A DNA stretch of 63,526 nucleotides, the filler included, from Kipferlia bialata (lineage: Eukaryota), in NCBI GenBank assembly GCA_003568945.1. It is 3 parts of 3 records of this genome, joined end to end, with 100 filler letters (N's around TTAATTAATTAA, not from the genome) between each part and the next. Parts side by side here need not be neighbours in the genome. Positions count along the whole stretch, not along the records: positions 1 to 28,025 come from BDIP01000159.1; 2 more parts are not named here. One strand, 5' to 3'. Positions 1 to 13,235 of this stretch are shown in pieces. The notes under the pieces were generated by a model. That model saw only the letters and a list, made by a program, of their open reading frames with translations. It ran no database searches and had not been told where the DNA came from. Made by a program: the position numbers and the translations under genes. How positions within the stretch are numbered: position 1 is the first letter of the stretch; every line of letters begins with the position of its first letter.

Positions 1-52
<52 letters not shown>

Positions 53-576
53 ATACTGAGAGAGAGAGTTATGTGGCATGACGAATATGCTGACCCTTCA
101 CACAAATACCCTTATCAGTGCCTGTATGTTCCCTTGACAAAGGAATATACACATCAAATTTGAGGATACTGACACAACACATATACCCACCTCTGTCAGT
201 GCCTGTCTCTCTCGTAATGGCACCATCCCCAGACACCCCTCCCTGCAGCACGTCTTCTGAGGGTATGCACCACATGCACTAGGGGACATCTAGGTACAGT
301 GCACGCTGTACTCAAAGGGTGGTGCACCTACACAGACCACTAGTAGACTTAGTCTAATATGGAGTGACGGTAAATGAACCTAATGAACCTAAGCACTTGT
401 AGGGCCTATGGCACCTATACTTAGGGGCACCTGGTCTCTACTTCCTCCTTCGCCCAGAGAGAGGTACAGGGGTAGCGAATCATCACCAGTGGTACGGGTA
501 TATAATAAATGTACCAAACACACAAAAAACTCAAACCCTCATCACGACTGAAGATCTACTCTATTCAGCTCCCAGC

Positions 577-1695
577 CTACTTGGATCTCTTCTTGTGTGA
601 CTTACTCTTCTTCTTCTTCTTAGAGGGTTCCCTCCCCTCCATCTTCTCTCTCTCCCTCTGCGTGTACCCTGAGACCTCCCAGTCCTTCTCCCTGGCAGAG
701 GCATCCCTGGACCCGGCTAGAGCATCCCTAACTACCTGATGTTAGGGATATATATATATATATATATCACTATAGGATGTATCAGCAGAGAGAGCATCCC
801 TAACTACCTACTATAAGGGTGTCATATAACAACAGACATATATATATATATATATATGCATCAGTGGAGCCAGAGAGGGCATAGGATAGTATCTAAGTAT
901 AGAAATACATGTCAGTACATATATAGTGAGAGATAATCAAAGAAATAGGGCATCACGCACAACCTAGCTGTTAGGATAGTAGTAGTCTATACATATACAT
1001 ATATATAATGAGAGAGAATCTAGGGCATCACACACAACCTAGGGTCAATAGAGAGGCTGTCAGTAGAAATAGTATCAACAGCTATCAGTGTACAAGAAAC
1101 AGTACGTATCAATGCAACTACTATATTTAGGCATTACCTTAGGCGTCACTTTGGTCAAATAGCACTTACAAGCACAGCATATATATATATATATATATAT
1201 ACATTTAATAAGTGTTTACCTTTGGCGTCACCCTGAGGCATATCTCGATGTCAAAGTATATACATAGTATCCACCAGCATAGTATACTTATGAACATATA
1301 TATTACATGTAGATATATATATATATTAATATTATGGTGTATACCTTGGGTTGCACCCTGAGGCATATCTCGATGTCAAAGTTGTCGAGGTACAGAGAGG
1401 GGGAACGGCCCGGCTTGACAAACCACTTCCTGAGGGTTAAGTATATATATATAATACATAAACGTATACCAGTATTGTATATAATACTTCCTGAGGGTAA
1501 GTTTTTAGATAACATATATATATATATACTTTGAAACTGACGAACATGCGCAGCAGTGCGAGTGCTCTCTTGAGAGTGAGCTATCTTCCGTCTCTCTCTC
1601 TCATTCTCCCACCATTTGTGTATATGCATAATAGTATCTGATTAATATGCGCTGCAGTGCCAGAGCCCTCTTTGAGTTGTCCTCCATCTCATCCA

Positions 1696-1729
<34 letters not shown>

Positions 1730-3572
1730 CATACAGTACCTAATGAATATGCGCTGTAAGGCCAGTGCTCTCTTTGAGTTGTCCTCCATCTCATCAATCA
1801 AGTCCTCCTGTACCAGCATGGCCTCCACAACTGTGTCTGGAGTGAGCATAGTATATATATAAGAGTACCATTCATATGAAAGTATAAATATATATATCAG
1901 GTCCTCCTGTACCAGCATGGCCTCGACCACAGTGTCTGGAGTCAGAATACTATATATATNNNNNNNNNNNNNNNNNNNNNNNNNNNNNNNNNNNNNNNNN
2001 NNNNNNNNNNNNNNNNNNNNNNNNNNNNNNNNNNNNNNNNNNNNNNNNNNNNNNNNNNNNNNNNNNNNNNNNNNNNNNNNNNNNNNNNNNNNNNNNNNNN
2101 NNNNNNNNNNTAATATATATATATTATACATAATTATATAATTGGTATTAATATGGAAGTGTATATACATGGACGTCCTGTATCAGCATGGCCTCGACCA
2201 CGGTGTCTGGAGTGAGCATTACATGAATACATAGGAGCTGGGAATGTACAAGTATATGACTGCTAGTATATATATACATGACACTGATACCTATACTCTC
2301 TTATGGAGTGCGGGTTGTCTCTATGTATACTATATACCATACACATACTATATACTATAAGCGTAACTATATATATATATATATACTATATGGGTAAAAC
2401 ACTGGTACCTATGGAGTGCGGGTAGTCCCTGGGCAGGCCCTCGAGGTGCCTGGTGTAGAAGACCCTGGGGTGAGGTGATTATATAGAGCAGTACAATATC
2501 AATGACTCTCCCTGCCTCATGAACCCCCCCCCCTCTCTCTCTCTATATATATATATATAGTGGAATTACTCACTCTGAGTTCATGATGTCCCTCTCTGCC
2601 TCGTGGACCAGTCTGTTAGGACATCCTAGCAGTGTCTGCACGCTCTTGGCAGGTATCAGCAGATGCCCCTCCTCCTCGTGACACAGGTTGTTCTGGATGA
2701 ACTCCTGCGTCTTGTCCCGACTCTTCTGCCTGTCCCGCTGCTTACCAGCAACACCCTCCCTTCTGTTACGCTCGTCGATGGCACGCAGCAGACGCCGCTT
2801 GCCCTTGAGGTCTAGAGTGGGGTGGTCTTCTAGTAGGGATAGTCTGGGGTCGAGGGGGGCACCGTCAGTCTCGACACGAGCCCTGGCCTTGACCTGGAGT
2901 GAGAAGACTAGAAAAGAACACAATTCTATAACATAAAGTGAATGATTTCTATAGACTAGATGAAAGTAATCAGACTGGGAATACACCTGAGCACTGGCCT
3001 TGACCTGGGTTAAATACAATCAGTGAATATATATATATATATATGCATTTACATAGCCTTAACTTGGACTGTATCTCCTCGATGGTGTCAGACTCTGAGT
3101 CAATATAGCATGAATGTATACTCTATATATATACAGTATCAATATAGTATATATACAATGATACCTTTGACTGTATCTCCTCGATGGTGTCAGACTCTGA
3201 GTCACTAGTCTCCTCTGTGTCTGACTGTACAGAGTATGTGTCACTGGTCTCATCCACAGACTCAGACCCAGAGGCAGAGTCCTGGGGTCAGAAGTCCAAA
3301 TATGCAAGAATAATGAATACTATCATGTAAGATGCATATATAGAGGGAGTCTCATCAGCAGACTCAGACCCAGAGGCAGACTCCTGAGAGTCAGAGGAGA
3401 CCATAGTATAATGGAACAATATATCCAAAGAGTCCTAAGTAAGTAGCCAGTAGACAGCAGTAATACATATATCTACACTTAGCATCAGATAGACCACTGT
3501 ATAATGTGTACCTCAGTCTCTGTCTCTGTCTCTGCATCTGTGTCACTATGTCATACAAAGAATACATAAATG

Positions 3573-3603
<31 letters not shown>

Positions 3604-4491
3604 CCTCTGTCTCTGTCTCTGTCTCTGCATCTGTGTCACTGTCCAGGTTGGCCTCCCCAGCTGTGTCACCGTGCTCCTTGTTGAACCTAGTTCATTAGAG
3701 ATACAATATACAAAGGAGTAGGAGGTCAGAGATACATTATACTAATAGTACATTAATTAATTAATTAATGAAATGAGTAATATATTTATATATAAATATA
3801 TTTCGAGCTGTGTCACCGTGCTCCTTGTTGAACCTAAGGGGTTAGAGAGGATGGAGTATCATATCAGTATTATCAATCAAAGATACACTCTGACTCAGAG
3901 ACATGTAACACCAGTCTGTATGTATCATCTACCTATACTCTGCCTCTGCAAAGGTGAGTGCTCTGTCAGTGAGCCATGCATACTCATGCCCATCACTCTT
4001 CTCAGCCTCACTGCCATCCTTGCCATCCTCAGTCTCTCCACCAATGTCATCATCGTGTCTGGACCTGGCTGACTCATACTCAGAGGAGCCCTCCTGAGTA
4101 TAAGATATGATATATATACATAAATATATATAAGTATCCCTATATACATGCATACATACTCGTAGTCAGAGGAGTCATCCTGGCTATGAGAATGAAAAGA
4201 GGGTACTATTAGAGATTAGTGAAATGTATATAGTGTATATATAGGTTTGTATAAATATATGTATATATCGTAGTCAGAGGAACCGTCCTGAATAATAGAA
4301 TGAAGTATTAGAAATACATAATTATATATCTATAGTAATGAGGTTAATGTATATATATATACTATCCCACCTCGAATGTGTCGTCGTCTGACTCTGTCCT
4401 AGACTCCTCTGGGTGGGACAGGGTTACCCTCTTCTTCTTGACAGGCACGGACTTGGCCTGAGATGAGTATACACTATATATGTATGTGTAT

Positions 4492-4528
<37 letters not shown>

Positions 4529-7500
4529 GAGAGTGACCCTCTTCTTCTTGACAGGCACGGGCTTGACCTAGGATTAGAAACCAAGTATATAGATACTATA
4601 GAGCAAATCGAGAAGGTCCTACCACAACAACAACAAAGAAGAAATATACCCTACCTTCGGCTTGAGCTTGGTCTTGGGTGCGTGACCGGCTGCATCTCTC
4701 TTCGCCCTCCTCTCTCTCTCCCTCCGCTCTAACTCCTCCTCCTCTCTCTGAGCAGCACTCTTGGCACCCAGCCTCGCCTTCGCAGCGGCGTCTCTCCTGG
4801 CCCTTCTCTCCCTCTCCCTCTCCTCCGCCTCTCTCTCCTCTCTCTTCGCCTCCTCCTCCTTGGCTCTCTTCTTAGCTTCCCTCTCAACCAGATCAGCAGC
4901 CTTGATTCTCTCTCTCTCCTCAGCGGCTAGAGCGGCTCTCCGGGCTCTCTTTGCCTCTACAGCCCTCTCTCTCTCCACCCTCTCAGCCTCCTCCTGCTGT
5001 CTTCGCATCTCCTCCTCGGCCTCCCTCTTACTCCTCCCCTCCTCTATCAGCCTCGCTCTCTCTGCGTTGTGCTTCTGGATCCTGGCAGCAGCCTCGGCCT
5101 TCAGCTGCCTCTTGGACCTCTCTCTCTCTCCACCAACACTAGCTCTCTCTCTCTCCCTCCTCTTCTTCACCTTCTTGATGGCCTCTCCCTCCAGCTGTTC
5201 AACCTCAGCCTCACTAAGACTGAAGATAGTACCCACTACCTCCCTGGGGTAGCTGTAGCTGCCTGTCTCCTGATCACAGCAGTGTCTGTGCGCCTCCTTA
5301 GCTAAGTGCTGCTTACCAGGAGAGGGACCCAGTTTAGACAGTGCTGTCAGTACATCAGCCCCTGCCGCCCTGGTTCCACTGGCACCCATAAGACGGGGAA
5401 CAGGGGGAGAGGTGGATGATGCACCACCTTCCACATCCTCAGTGGGTGGGGTGACGTGGCTGTTGAGGAAGGTGATCCAACTGCCAAGCTCGGGGTCTTG
5501 CAGAGCCTGAATATCAGCACACATGCAACACTACTCTAAATATATATATTATTATACACATTAATGTATATATATATATATATACCTTTTTGGCAGCGAC
5601 TACGTCCAAGGGCAGACAGTCCGACATGGCTCTCAGAGAGGGCTGCTTCTTGGTCTTGTCAGCCTTGGTGGGGTCGCCATAGTGCCTCAGGGAGGCGAAG
5701 AGCTTGGCAAACAAGGACATCTTGAGAGCGGCTATGGCCTCTGCGGAGAGACGTCTATCGTACAGCCTGACGAGTCTGTCCAGTAGGTGCAGGGACTGGG
5801 ACATCGTCTGCTTGGAGGAGGCGGAGGTGCACTTAGATATCATTCTGAGGTTAGGAATTGACAGAGATAATATGAAAGTGGGTAAGATATATAGTGTGTA
5901 CATCATCTGCTTGGGGGATGGGGAGGTGCACTTGGATATCATCCTGGGGGTAAAGGAGAGAGTATAAGAGAGATTAAAGTAATGGAGAGATTGGGGTAAA
6001 CGAGAGATTAACACATAGATTGTGTAGGAGGAAGAGGTGTACTTGGATATCACCCTGAGAGGTAAGAAGGAACATCGAAGATTGGTAAGACAAGGAGAGT
6101 GTGTGTATATAGTATATATCATAAGTCCCCGCCTCTGTCTAGCTGGTATGTCCCCAGGCAGAAATAGTCTTAGTGTATAATATATATATATATATACTTC
6201 GTATATATGTAGTCCTCACCTCTGTCTAGCACTTGATACAGCAGGCATGTCCCCAGGCAGTGATAGTGATAGAGTATCACATACATACATGCAAATATAT
6301 GTATACACATATATATAGTACATATGTAGCGTCTACCTTTGTCTAGCACTAGATACAGCAGGCATGTCCCCAGGCAGAGGTGCCTCTCTGCTAGGCACCA
6401 CCGCCGCTGTCACACCCACACCCTGCACAAAGGGTCTCTCTCTCTCTCTCTCTGGCTGGACAAAGGGGGGCAGGGCAGGTGGTACGGGAACTGGGGGTGC
6501 GTTGGTACCTGTACCACTGATGGTGCCATAGGTACTGGATGTACTAGAGATGTCAGTACTGGTTGTTGTGGTGTCAGTGGCCTCTGGTACGGGGGGCAGC
6601 TTCTCAGCAGTAGAGGTAGAGACAGCGGGAGACACAGCCTTCTGAGTCTTATGGGTCTCAGTAGGTCTTGCAGCAATGGGTACAGAGGGAGGACGGGGGC
6701 GGAGAGGCCTAGAGCTGCTAGGAGCGGTAATAGCTACAGCGGGTGCCTCCACCACTGGTCTTGGCTGCAGAACACGTCTAGTCTTTGGTACAGGCTTAGG
6801 TACATCAGTGATGTCACCACTGACCATGCTCTCGAGTAGTGAGGTGGGTATGGGGGCATCACTGGATGTGGTCACAACAGCCTCTTCCACAGCCATATCC
6901 ACATCACCCTCTGCCTCTGCCTCTGAGTTGACATCAACAACAGGGTCCACTGCACCCACAGACTCTACAGTGGCACCCTGTATCTCTCTCTCTACCTCTC
7001 TCTCTCCCTCTGGTTCAGCAGGTGAGGGCGACTTCTGAGGCCTCTTACTCTCTGGCCCTGCTACATCGGCCTCTCCCTTCCTAGCCCTCTTGGCACCAGG
7101 CTGCTGATCTCCCATAGTATCTCTCTCCCTCTCTCTGACACTTGAAGTCTCATCCACTGCCTCTCTCTCTCTCTCCTTCTCTCTCTCTCCCTTGGCCTCT
7201 GCCACAGCCCTATCCCTCACCTCCATCACCAGTGCGGCAGTGCACCCCATCTCCTTAGCCACAGATATGACATCAGACTGCAGCTCACCACTGTCCTTGT
7301 GACAGTACCACTTCTTGATGAACCGGTGGCTCTCAGCCTCTATGAGACCCTTGGACAGCTCGGAATCAAGGGCAGAGACATACCGCCTATAGGAGGCCAG
7401 CTCCACTGCCATGTCTCCCTCCCCACCGGCATTGACGTCGAGGGTCTCCACGTCCAGCACCTGCTCCTCCTCGGGTATGGACACCTCCACCTCTATGCCG

Positions 7501-9760
7501 TCAGAGTCTCCATCCAGCACAGTCATGGTGGGTGCCACCCCAGCTGCCAGTCTCTGCTGTCGGAGGGTGGCCTTGCGCCTCTCGACTGCAGCGGCCATCC
7601 TCTTCAGACTGGCCTGCGTTAGACATACTCGTTTCTCTTATTACTCATTGTATATAATTCAATAATGATAATTATCCCAATGATGCATATTGTGATGATA
7701 TAATATATATCTTTGCAATCATCTTGCTTATCAGGTTCCTTGGAGACTTGCCTGTCTTGCCTTCTCTTTCCGGTACTGGTTCCTCTCCTGTGTCAGCCTC
7801 CTCTGCTCCTCGGTGACGGTGGCGTTCAGCACAGTCTGACTCACCTTGTTATTAATAGTTGTATAGTGAAATAATGAATTCTAATTGTCGGCTGACTGAC
7901 CTTATTCATAATAGATGTATTGTACAATAATGATGCTAACTCTAATTATAATTGTCAGTAATTCCCAGGCACTTAGCACTGTCTGACTCACCTCTATCTC
8001 TGGATCAGGGGCATACTTGCACTCTACCTCAGCAACAGACAGACCGACCAGAGGAGGGGTGGCTGGGGCCTTAGCAGTGGCAGTAGTGGCACTATTAGGG
8101 TCTGAGAGGGTGGATGTTACTGCAGGGCTCTCTTGTGTAGATGTAGGGGCCATATCCACATCCCCCTCCTCCTCCACTGTCTCTCTCTGTGGCTGGGTGT
8201 TACGTGCACGCACATTCATCACAGCTGTCAGTGCGGGTGATGCACCATCAGGAGGGGGTACAGTGGGAGGGGGTAGAGGGTCAGGCTTCCGCATAGCTAG
8301 TATCAGTTCATCTTCCTCCTGTCTCTCTCTCTCTCTTTCCTTTGCTCTGGCCCGTACTCTGTCCTGGCCGTCCTAGAAGGTGAGATGTCTATAATACACC
8401 CACATATATGAATACTCACCCACAAATGTGTATGTATGAGTTTTCACTGTCGCAGAAGGGTATTTGATGCCACTCTAAAACATAATAAGTGAGTGTATGT
8501 ATCGTAGGTGAGGTGCCATTTACCTTATACACCCAGTTGGAACACTGAAGCAGCTGACAGACCCTGTCTATACAGAGGGTGGGTACAGATGAATCAGACG
8601 CTCCAGACGCTCCAGACGCTGTAGGAGGAGGGAACATGTCTGCTATGAACTCTGACTTGGCATCGTTCCTGTGGGTGTCGTCAGTCAGCTCCTGGGGGTT
8701 ATGAGTGGGTGATATTGAATATGAAGAAGCACACGTAATCATACTCTCCTCTCATGAGATATATACGCACTCACACACAATGAAGTGTAGTGTTAGGGAT
8801 ACTAATCCTTCTGCTCCTCACACCTGCAGACTCTCGTAGAGCTGTGCTATACGCATTAACACTCTATTAGCATATACATATACACATACACTATAAACCA
8901 AACAGTTAGCCCACCTGCAGTCTCTCGTAGAGCTGTGCCAGCCCTAGCTTGAGAGTGTGTCTCCTGTCCCTGGGGTATGTGGACAGACAGTCCCTCTTGC
9001 AGTACTGACACTTTGTGGGTATGGGAGGGGGGCCGGAGTGCTTGTACACCTGCTCAGTACTGGTGTTAGACAATATGATAGTGGCCACATTCTATAGTAT
9101 ATGGAGTGTACCACTAGTACATAAGTATAGTGGAAAGGTAGCACTCTGGCAATAGTACAGATGTATAGTATGGAGGCGTTACATGTCACTCACACAGCTC
9201 AATAGGGAGATGTAGTACTGTGTTAGGGTTAGATGCCCATACCTCTTGCCAGCTACCAGAGCTGTGAGGACTGCCTCGGATACTCCCTCACCCTTCCCAC
9301 CCTCTCCCTCACTCACATCCCAGTCAACCTCATCATCACTCTCCTCTGCACCCTTCTGTGCCATCTCCACATCCCCAGTCTCTCTCTCTCTCTCCTTCTC
9401 ACCCTCTCCTCCCACCTCCTCGACCTCAGTATCGCTCTCTGTGTCACTCTCTGTCTCTGAGTCTGAGAATGAGGGTAAGGGCGGCATGGGCTGCGACATG
9501 GTCCACTCCTTAGGCACACCCTTGGCATCCACTGAGGGTGACTGTATGGGGGTGTGGGTGGGTCTAGGTGGGGGTGGGTGCACGGCGTCGAGGAGTGACA
9601 TGACAGCAGTGGAGCAGAGGGAGTGGAACACACCCTGTATGGCTGGGCACACTATGGGGTTGGATGTGTCGAAGAGGACATGGGCCGTGGAGGTGATGTG
9701 GGAGGGGGTGGAGGCGGCAATGTCTCTAAGAGGCTTGGGATCCATACTGGGGTTGAGTTG
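577..9760 (-). CDS. Large multi-exon hypothetical protein, largely low-complexity/charged coiled-coil; 5' end unresolved
   Basis: Series of GT-AG bounded open exons (e.g. ~9243-9760, 8913-9050, 8524-8691, 7992-8373, 6337-7613, 5585-5844, 4655-5514, 2574-2893, 1344-1429) ending ...EPSKKKKKSKSHKKRSK* (TAG 577-579). One CxxC (KCQYCKRDC). No family recognised; could be more than one gene. Confidence 0.6.
1960..2110. other. Scaffold gap (N run) inside an intron
   Basis: Run of N flanked by (TA)n. Confidence 0.97.
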
Positions 9761-10049
9761 CAAATAGTACCGTAATATATATTATATGTAAACACATGGG
9801 TGTATCTATATTGGAAGAAGTATGCTGAGGGTAAGGAAGGTAACAGATATAGTGCCTGCGAAGTGAGGGGGGGGGGGGGGGTGATAACATCTAACACACT
9901 GGCCAATATAGATACGACAGTGTCAGAGCCAGAGGGATGGATCTCACACATACACACACAGAGAGAGAGGTAGGAGAAAGAGGGAGAGGTCAACTACGAT
10001 TACCAGAATAGAGAGGGGGGGGGGGGGGGGGGGGGGACACAAAAAAAAA

Positions 10050-10082
<33 letters not shown>

Positions 10083-10909
10083 TGAAGACAAGCACCCAAC
10101 CATATTACTGTTCGAAAGAGATGTGAGAGATAAGAGGGGCATGGTGACACACACACACAACACAAGAGATACACCTTACAATCACAATCCGTCATTTCTA
10201 CAGATGGGTGGGAAATAGAAGAAGGAATAGGAGTATTGAATCAGTCCATCACAGATTGATTATACAAACATGGACATAGAGTATTATATGACATATTGCA
10301 CAGTATACCTGTCTGACTCAGGTTGGCAGCTTGGGAAGACCGTGTGTATATAAGCAGGACCTGCCAATAATGGGGCCAACTTTTGTGTCGATGTGTAGTA
10401 AAAGGGATGTGAAGGCTATGTACTGTTTGACCCTAGATCTATTGAGCTGAGCTGACAGCAGTCCAACAAACGGGTCATTCATATATGGAGTGCTAAGATG
10501 ATGCCACGACGGCTTTGAGCTTAGTCTGCATGCCCAACAGATACATGTCACCGAATCAGTCACTGCAATGCATGCGTGTAATGATAATATCATTATATAC
10601 TACAATTTTTAGCAGTGTATCATACATGGCATGTATTACATGCTATGTGTGCCAGTTAGCACAAGTGACTGGTGGCAAGTCACTGACTCCCTGTTACCAG
10701 TGTGACCTATGTAGTACATGCGTGACATGGTGTGACTTCTATTACACACAACTTGCAGAAGAGTATGTACCTCCTATAATGCCAGTGTGCAAAAGTCTAC
10801 TGAGTCCCTGTCGCCAGTGTGACTGTCTGGCAGGACCCAGTCAGCAGCATCCTCTCTGGGCGTTAGATGTAAGAGTCTTACAGTAAGAATCTTTTCTCTT
10901 ACAGTAAGA

Positions 10910-12839
10910 CTAAGGTGCCTTATTGCATCCTGTGCACAGAAAACACGATTGGCAAAAATTGGTGGTATACAAACACTGCCCTGACGGATACTTTATACGC
11001 ACTATTGGCAATGATCCTCTACCTATACCGTGGCGATGTCCCCCTCCACAGTCGGTTAGGGACATCGTGTATATAACATATACCATATATACATTTGCAA
11101 CTACGTATACACACAATCACTCTCATTGATAGTGACTCTATGTATACCTGCCGTGGCTATGTCCCCCTCCACAGTCTGGGTGAGGAACACTGAGGTGCCG
11201 TGGAGGTACTTGCCCATGGCATCTAGGTACTTGACAGTGTAGCGCAGCTTCTCCTTGCGGTGCTCGTCAGCGGTGTCTCTAGCCCTTGCTTGCTGAGGGT
11301 AAGAGGAAAGTGTGAGTATTTTGCTATACTTCATTGGGTTGCTTGAGACATGTTTCCGCCCGGATGTGTGACACCTGGTATATCAATCATACAATGGACC
11401 ATTGTAACAACGGTTGCTGCTATCATACCTCTGCCTCCACTATCGTGCCACCCATCATGAGGTCAGCAGTCTCAGCTGCCTGCATGGCCTCGATCAGACT
11501 GGGGGTGAGATATATATATACATATTCTATATACATGATTTATATAGAACGAGACACATACAGGTACAGACTGCGGTTATGAGATATCTAGACATAGTCT
11601 GATACATTCATGTGATAGGACTGTGATGTACTACAGATGCATCTCCTCATCTCGAAGTATCCAATCAAACATTGATTATCAAAGAGTCACTCTTTAAGAG
11701 TAGACTCCCCAACTTGTGGACACAATGAGACTGAATAGTCGGTGGTACATACCTTGACAGTGTGCTTGTGGCCTCTCCTATCCTCTTCTGAGCAGCGTCA
11801 AACTGATGTTAGGACGTATATAACTCTAGCTCTATATACTCACTCCATGAATATCATAGGGAGTTCATATTATGTATATAATATGAATAGACACATACTA
11901 ATTCAGTATGTATACCTCTACACGCTTCTGACCCAGCACCATCAGGACAGGAGTGCTGTTCCACCTGTCACCCCACTTGGCCTTGTACATACTGTCCAGA
12001 GTGTATACCCTGGAGGTTTTATGGAAGGAGGTATATCATACATGAAAGAAGACCTTCTTGTTCGGGGTTGGTAGGGTGTGGCACAAAGAGACAGGGGGGG
12101 GGGGGGCGAGAGATACCTAGAGAATGCCTGGTCCACCTTATACCATACATAAAGCATAGAGAGACTTGGGTGGTGTTGATAGTGTGGGGCAGAGAGAGAG
12201 AGAGAGAGAGAATCTCTCTAGTAGAGATACCTTGAGAATGCCTGGTCCACCCCCTCTGCCAGTGTCTGGACCTCCTGCTGAAGTGACTTGATAGGGCCAC
12301 ATACATCGTTGATGGAGGTGATGGTGCGGGACATGCTTCCTGGTAGGTAAGACATATACCATACTGATAAGATATACCACTATAAAAGGTGCGGGACATG
12401 CTTCCTGGGGTGTCTGATGGAAAGAGGGGTGACATAGACTGGTGTGACATGTGGGCACAAACCACTATAAAAGGGGATGCATGGGTATTAATACATTGCT
12501 ACCTGTCTCCTCAGTACCGGAACCCTGAGTAGGGGTGTCAGGTACACTCTCTGGTACTGGGGGCATGTATACACGGTGTTGGTAGAGAGTGTGTGTCACG
12601 ATTCGTGACACGAATACTCGATAATCAACTTCTGAAAAAAGGGTGCAATCCAAAGACTTTGACTCCGCATCTTGGGCTATCCTTTCCCTCTCTCTAGACT
12701 CTGTGTGTCTGGAGGTAGAGATGGAGAGTGGACGGCGGTACATTGAGATGGAGAGTGGACGGCGGTACAACACGTCAGCTGCCCCCAAGACTACTCTCAA
12801 GGAGAGAGTACCCGAGACCGGTCCTGCCAAGCCAGTCAT
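10910..12839 (-). CDS. Multi-exon hypothetical protein
   Basis: Candidate ATG at 12839 (MTGLAGPVSGTLSL...). Internal exons include LIEAMQAAETADLMMGGTIVEAE (~11428-11498) and QARARDTADEHRKEKLRYTVKYLDAMGKYLHG... (~11148-11291). Putative last exon GCNKAP*. Confidence 0.45.
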
Positions 12840-12978
12840 GTCTATGGGTGAGTGGATGTGTGGGTATGAGTGAATTGATTGATTATAGATTGCTTGTAGT
12901 ATTTTGAATCCGGTGATCACTGTGACCTATCGTGATCAGCAGTCACTCGTCCGTGGAGGGATCGATGTTATATATGCG

Positions 12979-13028
<50 letters not shown>

Positions 13029-13235
13029 ACATCAATCATGGTTCCCTTTATGTATCTCTCTTCTGTCTCCTCTCCGTCTCCCATCTACTCACGTCCATCT
13101 GTGTATATGCCTATGTTTTCCTATGTATCAGCACTCATGTACTTCATCTCTACCTGACCCTCAGCCTTTGCCTCGGTTGAGTCCTCTCTCTCCCTCTCTC
13201 TCTCTATATATATATGTATATATACTCACCCCCAG

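Noticed and set aside
4678..7665. Plus-strand Ser/Leu-rich ORFs in the ORF track
   Set aside because: Antisense shadows of GA-rich minus-strand exons.
10014..10081. G-run/A-run/G-run motif nearly identical to the reverse complement of 36245-36311, possible small mobile element
   Set aside because: Pure homopolymer composition with no TIR or TSD; more likely low-quality base calls after G runs.
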